Assembly: GCA_012295275.1 (NCBI GenBank)
Contig: CM022672.1
Span: 2,356,001-2,420,000 of the forward strand
Length of the DNA stretch: 64,000 bases
Source of the DNA: Chrysomallon squamiferum
Taxonomy: Eukaryota > Animalia > Mollusca
Direction: 5' to 3'
A model generated the notes under the pieces. The model ran no database searches. It was not told the origin of the DNA and saw nothing but the letters and a program-made list of their open reading frames with translations. A program made the translations under genes and the position numbers. This document shows positions 28,901 through 40,660 of this stretch, one piece after another; position 1 is the first letter of the stretch; every line of letters begins with the position of its first letter.

Positions 28901-31389
28901 ATAATAAAATTGGTTGTTTCATAACCGAATTCTTTATCACTGTCAACGTGTTTTCGTTAACCACTGATGTCTAGTCTATGCAAATTGAAACGAATTTGAA
29001 TAAAAAAAAAAAAAAAAAAAAAAAAAACGAATATTTTATTCTTGTTTAAAGTACTTTCATTCAGCATATTAATTCAATTATATATCATTTTATGCTTATG
29101 AAAATAACACATAAGGCCACTGATTTTTAACTTAGGGAATGTATATATACATAAAAAAAAAATCAGATATTCATGTAAAAAAAAAAAAAAATCACGTGTA
29201 AGTGTTAAAAAAATCAAAATAACATCATTAGATAACTATTAACTCAACGAAACGTGAAATGGAGCAGTCAGTAATTAAGCAGGAAACAAACAGACGAGCA
29301 GACGCGCGGTTTCGCCAGCGCTAAGTACGTCGCGAGGCTGCGGTGCACACAGAGCTTCGTGAACCGCGCGGCGACTAGGTGGTCAATCTTGCCACTGACC
29401 GTTTTGTCACGAACGCCTCGGATCTAAAAACAAAGTTGTCTTGCGACCTTTTGCTGGCGTCCTGCCACGCCCCGTCATCACCTAAAGCTGCTGGGGCTAA
29501 CATCAGATCTCACCAGCCAACCTCCAACCCGCTCATTACCTACTTAGTCACGAGAAAACAGGCTTTCAGAACAAAACCTTCTGACCAAGATGATTGCCCC
29601 CAATTTCAACAAGGCCGTCATTACCTTGCTAAATGGGTTTGGCTTGTTTTTCGGGTATCATTTTTTTTTTGTTGCCTTAAAGGTCAGACGCCTCACAAGT
29701 GATTCAGTTTTATCTAGGGGGAATAGTGCTGCTGCCTGTGGCTATGTTTTTATTGGGTTTATTTCATGGGATGTCACTGCTATTCCGCGATTTCAAAAAA
29801 CTACTGTCCTACATCAGTTATATAAATGACCGGTCAAAAGTGTTTCGGGGTCACTGCCAACTGTTTAGTCCACTGATGACTTTCTCATGGATCTCTTCGT
29901 TTATGTTTGAGATTTAAAAAAGAAAAAAGTAGAAAAAAATAGCTCGTTATTAGCCTGTCCTCGGTAACGGATTAATTCTGTTTTTCAGTAGTCTGTTAAC
30001 TAATTTGAAAAAAACAACACAAAAAAACTGGTGAAAAAAAATAAAAAAAAATAAACAACATCAACAAACAATAAATATCTGAATATAGTGAACTATAGAT
30101 TTCAGAATCTTCATGGGAATATTGAAATGCATACACCGCAATTTCGTTATGCCTGTACCGTATTGGTAAACATCTATTAAAGTTCATGTGTCCAAAAGAT
30201 ATTTAAAACACCAATATATTTTCAAATGTTTTTGAACTTCAAAGGTAAATTTGTATAAAGAGACTGCAATAAAGGTGAAGTGCATACAAGCAATGTTTTT
30301 ATTATCCTTTCAAAAACAATAAAACAACACTTTGCATTCAAATGATTTTGAAAAACAGCCTTTATTTCTGTCTTTGAACAAAAAAAAGGGTATCTGTTTA
30401 TTTAACTGATTTCATAGTTTCATTATCTACTTCATGTTATACGAGTATCGATACATTTTTTAAATTTCATTATAAAGATCAGTCTGCAAAGACTATTCAT
30501 ACTGATGAAAAAAGAGAAGTTCTCGTTTTCTATTGTCTGAACAGATGTTATCGTTCTGTTCTTGTATGATGTCGTTTTTGTCGCCTACGCAGTCATGGTG
30601 ATTTATTTATCTCCAGCATCTACGATAAACTAAAAGGGCAAATCCACGATTCCAAAAAGGACGAAGAATGTCATTGTTGTGATACACATAACACTGAAAA
30701 CAAATAAAAAGTATGCTGATGAAATTCAGGCACTAAGCTTTCTGAAAAATGCTGATTTGAAAACAACGTCTGGATAATTTTCATAAACATACACTCAGAT
30801 TGTTATATCAGACTGGCTTTAAATATGTCTTGATACCTGTAATACATTCAGAGAAACGTTCTGTAGAAACATACTTACGTAACAACACCCAAACACTCAC
30901 ACTGACACACTCACCCACGCACACACACAATCACAAACACACGCATTCACACACAGACATACAAAAACTTGTTACAGACAGATTTTAAATATTCGTTTAC
31001 TTCACAAATATATGCACAGAGTGTTGTGATGGAGCGGATATCTTTAACTCAACATTAGGAAAGAGCTCAAGGTGAACGAAATACTGCATTAGTTATACTT
31101 TAAAGATGTCTGCAAGTTTGTATTGTCACTGGCCTCCTACTGAGCTGTAATTCAAAAGGTTAGCATAAAACTGCCATAAACTACACATATGACATAAATC
31201 TCTATTCGCTAAAGCCTATATTGCACTTGTGGAGCTGAATGATGATTTTAATAAAGAAAAAATATTGTACATTTATACATTTCCCAGCGCTATCCCCAGC
31301 ACGAATCTATTATGCCTTGCACAAATTTGTTTATGAATGACAGGCACACATGTTGCAAAAAGCGGAAAATTAGGAAATATTAAAAAATA

Positions 31390-31420
<31 letters not shown>

Positions 31421-31790
31421 AATAGAGTAAACAAATAAAAATAAGAAAAATAAAAACGGTTAAGAGAACTGTTTGCCTGAAATCCGATGACTGACACCAT
31501 GAGTAGCGCTTCAAATTAATATTCCTTATCACCTTACTTCATTATTGTAGCATCAATGCCATTTTGATTATGTCATGTCCTTGCCTAAGCTGCAAAGAAC
31601 AATATTTTTCTTGATTTTTACCTCTATATATATGGATATTACATATCCTCTGACAAATAAAAATGCGTAACAACAATGACAGTGCAAGAAAACGTTCTGT
31701 CTTATTATTTAGTCGTAAGTACTGTGCTAGTCTTTTGCATATATTCAAATGAATGGATTTGAGATTTTGTTCTTTCTTTCTTTCTTTCAG

Positions 31791-31980
31791 AAGTCCTTTA
31801 ACTTTATCGGAACCAACGGTACCTTAATTATTCCTCCTGGTGGTTTATCATACCAACGACGGTTAAGGATCTTCTCTCCTTGCAACAGTGGGTATGTCAG
31901 AGAATATCTGAAACAGAGGAGAGGTGGTAGAAAGAAGAGACTGAGGGTTGATGCAAAAGGAGAGTTTCGCGACAAAGGAG
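31791..31980 (+). CDS. FGF8/17/18: FGF coding exon 3 (mature N-terminus and first beta-strands)
   Basis: Acceptor tctttctttctttctttcag| and donor GAG|GTGAGT. QRRLRIFSPCNSGYVR...RVDAKGEFRDKG aligns by eye with FGF8 IRTYQLYSRTSGKHVQ...RINAMAEDGDPF. Confidence 0.9.
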
Positions 31981-33861
31981 GTGAGTTTAGCAGAATTCCT
32001 TAACTCTGTGAAAATCATAATTAGAGATTTAATTAAAAGACACAATGATTGTTACAACGTAAGCAGTAACAACAAGGGGAGAAAAAAACAAACAGATTTA
32101 GAGCCTTAATTTTATATTCTTTACTGTCATTTACTGTTTGTAAGATTGCGGTGATTGTTGAGAATCCCTTATTGGAAATACCGAAATCCGAAATGTGATA
32201 TCTTACAGTTTTCGGATTGTTTGTATACACAAACTTTATTTTATGCACAAAATTATTGAAAATACGATATAAAAAGAAGCCATGCAGTCTGTTTGTGAAA
32301 GTTGTGTATGAAATATAAGTGGAATTCGTATTTAGATTTAAATCCTACACTAAGGCTCTTTCCTATTACGCCAAAATCGTAAACACTTCCGGTCCTAAGC
32401 TGTTCGGATTTAATGGATTCTCGATCAGTGTTTTTAAAAGTAATATCTTTATTTGTATCGTCGCGTTATAAAGCAAATGGCGAAAAAACGGCCGTCTTTA
32501 CTTTCTACTGATGTTCGGACACTTTTTCGCTGCTCGTATTCCGCCGCACACGACATAGTTTTTCTGATGCGAAAGTGTTGGGATCTGTCAGAGTTGAGCC
32601 TCGGGCAGAGATGAACACTTCGTTCAGCACCTAAGCTCATCGCCTTGCCCTCCGTGGCTTGCGTTCGCTGTGACACACACGTGACAAGTCAGACACGGCG
32701 AGAACACTCGCCCAGTCGCCGACAGAAACTGAGGTAGAAGTTTCCACCGAAGGAGGAGTGCATTAAGGAATCCATCATCTACAGTTGTGATGATATCCGT
32801 ATGCGCGCTATTACTAGTGAAATACCTACGTTCGTTTGTTGATATAAACCGCTGATAAATAAATAGTGAACATGACACACTAGTTTTTAAAATTCTTTAG
32901 TAAAGTGATCGGCAATATCGACTTCAGTCTTTATAAAATTCCTTCCTGCTAACTGACAAAAGGTAGCCTATGCAGTAACAGAAGCGGATTTCTTGTTTTT
33001 ATTATCTCAGTATTCCTTAATCATATATCCTATAGCAATACAACCGTAGATTTAAATTTTCCTCAATACGTCGAAAAATAAATCATTTATTTCCCATCAC
33101 TATTTATATTTCATGTTAGGACAACAAATTTATTTTACTTCTATAAATTTATTTTTTCCTATATCTCGTATACAATATCATACTTATGTATAAACAGTTC
33201 ACTAGCAGATTTCTATCTTTATCCAACTTATTTCAGTATTCTAGAATAAATATACATTTCGTTTAAAGAATATTACACTTAACTTATCGTCAATATTAAA
33301 CTATTCTGAGGTGCACTTTTGTACATTTTGTTTGTTCTCGAAACAGAACTGTTTTTCACTGATTTCGTAGTAATGCCTGCCACCACGTAGACAAAAATCA
33401 CTCAACGCCATTGGCAGGGCGTGGTGGACAACGTCAATCTGTCAATCAAATAATTATGTTGTCGTATACACATAAATAACATTTAAAAAAAAAAAAATGT
33501 AAATAATAAAACAGGGAAATGTAGGATCCGCAAGCTGCATGCACAGCACTGATAGGTTAGTAGGTAGTGTTTATTTGTGGTGACACGTTTGGTCATTCAG
33601 TGCTGTCGTTGCTACACATTACACAATTAAAAACGACTCATTTTCTTTTCAAAATTTGGGGCTCTGTATTTTCTTTGATGAATTTTTTTGTTACCGTCCT
33701 CACTAGCTCACTAAAGGTGAATCCTTTATTTAACAATTATCTCGAACATGTAAGTAAGAATTGTCAAAACACGCAGTCTGTTCAGAACTGTCTGCCACAG
33801 GATGACTTTAAAAAGTTTAAATTCGTTGTGTCACATCATTAAGATTTATATGATTTTTGAG

Positions 33862-33958
33862 GAAGAAAGAAAAAAAAAAACTGTTTTACTTAACAGACTC
33901 GCCCAACACATTTATACATTTTTGTTAAAATGTCATTGAGTGTGTTACGGTTATATAT
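33862..33958 (-). mobile_element. Decayed SINE 3' end
   Basis: gaagaaag...tgttttacttaacagactcgcccaacacattt...ttacggttatat resembles the same SINE 3' terminus as 7515-7640, by recall only. Confidence 0.3.
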
Positions 33959-35105
33959 CAAACTAATAACGACAGAGGAAACCGTTTCATCCACTTGAAG
34001 GGGCAGTCTTTTTAGATTAGCAAAAAAAAAAGAAAAAAAAAGAGTATTTTAAATCCATCTTCTCAAGGACAGGAAAATACACCCTACTGCCTTTTAACAA
34101 GCAAATGTGGGGTGGGAAATCACCTGGTATCACACACGACCAAACATACATTAGTCCAACGTTGCAGTATGTTATGTAGTAACTAGTCGGTTTGATACAC
34201 CACTCAGTATAATTCAGCACTTAACATCTTAGATAGTTCTAGAAATATACTGAACACTTTCCGAACAAGTCAAAATGCGCAGGTATGAAGCTTGTTGAAC
34301 TGAAAAAAAAAAAAAAAGAGAAAAAAGTATGACATTTTAGTTGTTATTACTATTAACATAGAATTTATATTATCTTCTAATAATAGTGAAGTTATGTAAT
34401 AGAGACGACACCCTCTCTTTTCCATTCGTAACACGATAAAGCAGAGTCATATGACAGAAACCGCCGCCATTAAATTCCTTGAGACCACTGGGCCATCGCA
34501 GTGCTGGAGAAAGTAATTAAACTTTCCGCACAGCGGATCAGATGTTATTTCAGTACGCTCAGATGCATTTTGTGGGTGCACAGCTTCATTGCTTTCTTTG
34601 AAAAGTTTGTTTTGTGTGCAGTTTAGACAAGGTTCTCTTCATGTGAATGTTGTTTGTGTTCATGTGACAGCTCAGATGACGATTACCAAAATTAAGTCTT
34701 GTTGTTGTTTCAGCACAACGATAAAACAGACAATAAAAATTAAGTACAGCAACAGTAACTATAAACAACAACAATAAAATCACGCAACCTCCCCACCCCT
34801 CAAAAAAAAAGATACAACAAGAAAGAAACACAAAAACAACAACAAACAAAAAACACAACTAAAACTAAACAACAAATATATTGGAGATATGCATATATTT
34901 CGATAACTGTAATGTGTGTTTTCAAATCCAGTATGCAAAGAATTCTAATAAAAAAAAGATAATATTTGTTCTTTAGTATGGAAGACATGAATCATGACAG
35001 TGCATAGTATATGATTTAGATGTTTATTAGAAAGATACTTTAGAAATGACACAAGCAATACCCTGCGTTTAAATACGGATCTGTCATATATAATATGGCT
35101 TATGA

Positions 35106-35168
<63 letters not shown>

Positions 35169-35239
35169 GACTATTTATATTTCGAGATTAATATTCAGTG
35201 TTTTTAATATATTTCTATTTCTTTCTTTTTCTTTTTCAG

Positions 35240-35346
35240 TAATTTTCACATTTGAATCTCATGTGAGTGGCGGAAGTAAAATTTATATAAGAACAGAAAG
35301 AAAGAAGTACGTCTGTTTTAACAGAAGAGGAAAATTAATTGTCAAG
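35240..35346 (+). CDS. FGF8/17/18: FGF coding exon 4 (107 nt)
   Basis: Acceptor ctttctttttctttttcag| and donor AAG|GTAAGC. IFTFESHVSGGSKIYIRTERKKYVCFNRRGKLIVK aligns with FGF8 [35 protein letters not shown]. Confidence 0.93.
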
Positions 35347-35488
35347 GTAAGCAGTACATTTAAGTGTGTCTGTGTATGTGTCTGTGTGTTTGTGTGTATG
35401 TAAGCATGTGTGTATATATGTATGAATGTATATTTGTATGTATGTTTTTGTATATTTGTATAGGTTTATTTCTGTGAATACAAATATG

Positions 35489-35529
<41 letters not shown>

Positions 35530-36447
35530 ATACACACACAGAGAGATAGAAATATACGTACGTACGCATAGTTTATATATACTGTAAGTAAATGGTGCGA
35601 ATAATGGTTCCGTAGATATACATATATAAAAAGCTGCATATATGTACCCAACATTCTATCTTGTTTACTTTGCAGTAAACGCTTTAACATGCTGCTGTCC
35701 AACGATCTAAATAAAATGAATATCGCAGTCTTTTGTTATGTTAATATCCGTGAAATCGTTTGTTGGACACTTGCGATGCATTACAATAACAATAGCGATG
35801 AGGTCCTGTTCATTCAGCAGGACAAAATAAAACCCATACGCGTAATTACTTGTAACTGCATATAAATATCCCTTTTCCTGTCAAATACGTCTCGTTAATA
35901 CACGATAAGCCCAGAGCTTCCCTGCTTGATTTTATTACTTTGTATTGTTATTGCTGTGTGTTGCTGTGTGTTGCTCTGATCCAGTGACATAATTTAATTT
36001 CGAAACCTCAGCATATACAATGTTACTTCTGAAAAGGTTGCTACATAACCCGTCTGTTTGAAGCGATGAATAACGAACAACCGAATACACAGATATACAG
36101 GCCGTTTGTTGTGTTGTCCGATGTAAACTGGTATCTTTCTTAGTATTATGGGTGTGTGTCTTTTTTTTTTTTTTCTTTTTTTTTTTCTTTTTTTTTACCC
36201 TTCTTCTTTATCTGTGCATTGCTTCATTTATTTTGCTTGCGTGGTATGTCAAAACAGATGTCACTGTTATGCATTCCTGCTGTTTGCTGGCTACAGGTGA
36301 CGGTGCGCAGACTACAAAAGCAAAAAGTGGCAGTTCTCTTTTCACTCAGCGGGGGCTGTTATTAAATCTTTGTCCAGGTGAAAATAAGCATTTCAGACCT
36401 TTCGAGTCAGTATGTGTATAGCATGCGGTGGTCCCAAAAGTACACTG

Positions 36448-36450
<3 letters not shown>

Positions 36451-36519
<69 letters not shown>

Positions 36520-36559
36520 GTAGTAGTAGTAGTAATAGTAGTAGTAGTAGTAGTAGTAA

Positions 36560-36592
<33 letters not shown>

Positions 36593-36596
36593 CAGC

Positions 36597-36630
<34 letters not shown>
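36451..36630. repeat. Compound (AAT)n(AGT)n microsatellite
   Basis: Seen directly. It is the source of the poly-N/S and poly-I/V pseudo-ORFs. Confidence 0.97.
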
Positions 36631-36631
<1 letters not shown>

Positions 36632-37294
36632 GAGTAGTAATAATGTTAGTAATAACAGCAGTAACAGAATGTCTAGTAAAGAAAAAATGCTATATTTACT
36701 TTATTCTAAAGCAAACACATGAATTAAATAACTGATTAATTTACACTTATACATATATATATATATATATATAAAGAAAAAGAAAGTAAATAAAATCCAA
36801 TCTAAACATAAACAAATAAATAAAAAGTAAATTAATAAATAAAATAATAACAGTCTCAGTAAACACAAATAAATTTTAAAAAAAACATCTAAAAACCACA
36901 AATAAACAAACAGAATTTTTTACAATGTGTTCAGAAGTGTGTAATCCCTTCCTGACTGCAATGCTGTATTAACTGAAGGTAAAAAAAAAAAAAAAAAAAA
37001 AAAAGTCTTGCACATTTTAACAAAGCGGAACCCCTCACCAGTCTGACTGCAGTTCGTCATGTGACACACGCATGCTGCAGGGTCGTGTGCACTCACGGAA
37101 ATTAATTACGCACTGGGAATGTTGTAAATGTGTTATTATCTTCATCGAGTTCATTGAAACCCGGCCGGACTCACAGATACAAGCTGCTGTCAGTAGCTTT
37201 GTATTTGTCGTGTGTATCCTAGTGGAATATCGTTTTTCATTCTACGTTAGGTGTCTGCTATGTACATATATATATATACCTGTATACATATATA

Positions 37295-37375
37295 CATACA
37301 CACACACACACACATACATACATACATACATACATACATACATACATACATACATACATACATACATACATACAT
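37295..37375. repeat. (CA)n/(TACA)n microsatellite
   Basis: Seen directly. Confidence 0.95.
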
Positions 37376-38429
37376 GTTACGGCAGATCTGATCATTTGCA
37401 AAACGCTTGAAACATAATTTTTTTCTGAGAGACAACTACTGGCGTCGAAGCATTATAAAGTTTTCAGTTTGAATATCTGTTCACAGGCTTGGCTGAACAT
37501 AAACCTTTAATTTGTTTTTCGATTCGAGTGAATTCCATTTATTAAACACAACGAATACACGAAGATCTGCTTAATAAAGAAGACCAAAAAAAATAAAAAA
37601 AATAATAATAAATAAATAAATAAAAATTAAAAAAAAAAAAAAATTAAAAAATAATCCATTTTTTTTCACCGTTCAGTAATGGTATACGGTATAATGTTTC
37701 AACCGGATATGTAAGTCTAGACTTATTAATGAGAAGTCAAAGTAGATCGAAGAAACCTCCTGGGGATTAGAACAGATTAAAATACACCATCGCTGGGGTC
37801 GTCGTAAAATATTATCTACTAAAAGCACCTACGAACTGAATATCCGCAAAACATCAACAGTAATTTGTAAGAGTTTTACACAAATATATTATAATATCAT
37901 TATCATTTACATAATCCCGATTGCATCTACTTATATATTTTCATACATAAACGACAAAGAATTACTCATAAATAAAACATGTGTTCGTTTATTCGAGCTG
38001 TCGACAGTCTATATATGACTTAGCTTTCGTATACTTTTCACCGTAAATCCTTCCGTATCTTTTTGCCCCACGACTGGCTGGGGTTGAATGGTCTTCAGTT
38101 AAATCTCAAATCTACGTGGAATTTTAAAAACGCCGCTGACAGGTGTTCTCTTGTTGTTGCGGATGAAGATACCCTGTCAATTTATTACAGCGGATCTCTT
38201 CTCTTTTTCCTTAAAACAGCTTGGAGATAGAATACTAGTCTTTGTACTGCTGGGATCTTCCCGCTGGGTTCTGTATGGCGATTGCCCGTAGCTGGACACC
38301 CGATATATCATCCCGCCTCGAACTTTATACGCTAGCATTTGATGCGTTTTACAAGGTGCCGAAAACCAAATATATTTATAGCGAGATTCACAATACTTGG
38401 TTCGAGAAGGTGTGATGAAAAGGACCATA

Positions 38430-38650
38430 TGGTTATTTAGGCTTAGTTAAAAGGAGTGTGTGGTTATTTAGGTTTAGCTAAAAGGAGTGTGTGGTTATTT
38501 AGGTTTAGCTAAAAGGAGATCTGTATGGTTTTAACACTTAACTAAACGGAAACAATGTGGTTATTTAGGCTTAACTAAAATGAAATATACTTCTTTGGGC
38601 TTTATGAAAAGTAATTTTATGGTTATTTAAGATTAACTAAAATGAGTATA
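38430..38650. repeat. Minisatellite of about 31 bp, 6-7 copies, in FGF intron 4
   Basis: Unit TGGTTATTTAGGYTTAGYTAAAAGGAGTGTG at 38430, 38461 and 38492, with more diverged copies near 38526, 38558 and 38620. Confidence 0.9.
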
Positions 38651-39201
38651 TTACGATCATTTGTATTTAATCATTTGTTTAAAATTAGTATTCATGTATA
38701 ATTACTTACGATTAGCTACAGAGATAAAACGTGCAGAATTAAGAAAACGAATGAAATATTTTCACTTTTTGTCTTTTCCTTTTTCTCTGTCTATAACACA
38801 CTGCTGCAGAAAAATGTTCAGAATCGATGGTCCATTTATATATTAACAGTACTTAAAACAGATACAAATTATTTTCACAACTGTTTTATTTTTCCCTCTT
38901 CAAAGCACAAACATCTACGTTTATATATGCGTGTGTGTATGTGTATATGTGTGTATGTGTATGTGTGTTTGTGTGTGTATGTATATATTTGTACGTATGT
39001 ATGTATGCATTTATTTGTGAACGTTAGTTTGTATGTATGCATGTATGTAAGTATGTGTATGTATGTACGTATGTAGTTATATGTGTATGAATGTATGTAT
39101 ATATGTCTGTGTGTATGCATGCATGTGTGTACATATACATGTTTTTTTTTATGTAAATGTTTCTGTGTGCATATCTAATAATCATCCTGATTTGTTTCCA
39201 G

Positions 39202-39474
39202 CATAACAGAAAAGAAGACTGTCTGTTCAGAGAAATCTACGTAAGCTCAACACATAGACGTCTGCAGTTTGTGCGAAATGAAGAATGGTATATAGGATTT
39301 TCAAAATCAGGACGATGTCTGAAAGGATACGCAACAAAGTTTCCACGATTCCGTCGGTGTTCAAATCTGCAGATCATCGGTATCGAGAGGAAATATAAAA
39401 ACAAGAGGAAACCTTTCTCACCGTTAGACATGCTTCCGGAAAAAACTTTGAGGCTATCGTTACGGAATAAATGA
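39202..39474 (+). CDS. FGF8/17/18: FGF coding exon 5 (C-terminal core, basic tail, TGA stop)
   Basis: Acceptor tttgtttccag|CAT. HNRKEDCLFREIYVSSTHRRLQFVRNEEWYIGFSKSGRCLKG aligns with FGF8 [43 protein letters not shown]. Confidence 0.94.
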   Translation, partial: HNRKEDCLFREIYVSSTHRRLQFVRNEEWYIGFSKSGRCLKGYATKFPRFRRCSNLQIIGIERKYKNKRKPFSPLDMLPEKTLRLSLRNK

Positions 39475-39724
39475 GGAGTGTGTCTCAAACACTTCTTCAG
39501 GAAGAAAAAAAACCAAAAATACCATTTCAGCCTGTGATAAAAAGTCAGTAATCAAATAATGTACTGGGATATGAGTATGGAATGTTATTTACGATGGAAA
39601 ATTCGAGTTCTTATCAGAGCGAGGAATGTAAAGCGATGGCTGGCTGTGGCGGTTGGTGTGTTAGACTCACTCTTATTGTTATCTTTAATTCAAGGAGGAG
39701 TTTCCCACTGATGTTATGCACAAT

Positions 39725-40035
39725 CTTTCCATGGACCAGACATAAACGTAAAAGCCTGATAGGTTGGAATAATGTTACCTGAGGCATTATATTTCTAACT
39801 GGCCAGAACCATGCATATGAATGCAAAATCTAGTGTGTATGCTGGAATAATGCAACCTAAGGCATTATATTTCCAACTGTTCAGGATCAGACATGAATGT
39901 AAAAGGCTGTGTATTTGGAAAAAATGCTACAGCTTAAAGCTTTATATTTCCAACAGACCAGGTCCAGACATAAATGTAAAAACATGTTTGTGTTGGAATA
40001 ATGCAACCTGAAATAGTACACTTCCAAATTGGTCA
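39725..40035. repeat. Degenerate 73-78 bp tandem repeat, at least 4 copies, in the presumed FGF 3' UTR
   Basis: Recurrent TGGAATAATGCAACCT.AGGCATTATATTTCCAAC...CAGACAT.AATGTAAAA with GGAA anchors at 39766, 39844, 39917 and 39995. Confidence 0.85.
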
Positions 40036-40265
40036 GTCTCTTATCTTCTGCCACTGCATACGGCTCAAGAATCATTCCCAAAGTGTGTTCTAAGAGTTTG
40101 TCCAAACCAGAAACCAAGAACTAAAGACCTGCAATAATCGGCAAAAACAATGACAACTATTAAATTCACAACAACAACAACAACAATGACAACAAAAAAA
40201 AAGACAGTAAAGTCGCCTAAACTAGGAACATTCGTATGACAAGATGTTATTTACTTGTTGTTACA

Positions 40266-40271
40266 AATAAA
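40266..40271 (+). terminator. Candidate FGF polyadenylation signal
   Basis: AATAAA about 790 nt after the stop, followed by a GU/U-rich tract (tgtcttgtgctttc near 40309). Confidence 0.45.
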
Positions 40272-40617
40272 AGATGCTAAGCTCAATGTATGTTATTTCA
40301 ACTACCTCTGTCTTGTGCTTTCGCACTTGGCATTTATCTGTTGAGACGTTAGCCAACTCATTTCGGATATCTGTTTTAGTACGGACGTCCCACTACAAGG
40401 GCGAATGAATATACGTGGGTACGGAAAAAGATGACGTTATCTCCGAGGATACACATCAAAACTTTAACATACTAACATTAGAGGACTGTCTGATAAAGTA
40501 TGATGACATTTTTTTTTTTTTGTTCACGAAAACCAGTACCACTTGTGTTTGTTCCCAAAGACATTTATATATACTTTCATATACAGATTTGTCAGACAAT
40601 GTGAATTCACAAGATAG

Positions 40618-40660
<43 letters not shown>

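Noticed and set aside
38430-38650. CRISPR-like periodic repeats
   Set aside because: The units are contiguous without unique spacers, lie in a eukaryotic intron, and have no cas genes nearby.
39725-40035. miRNA cluster or CRISPR interpretation of the 3' UTR hairpin array
   Set aside because: Stems of about 11-13 bp are too short for pre-miRNAs, and the linkers are homologous to one another rather than unique spacers.
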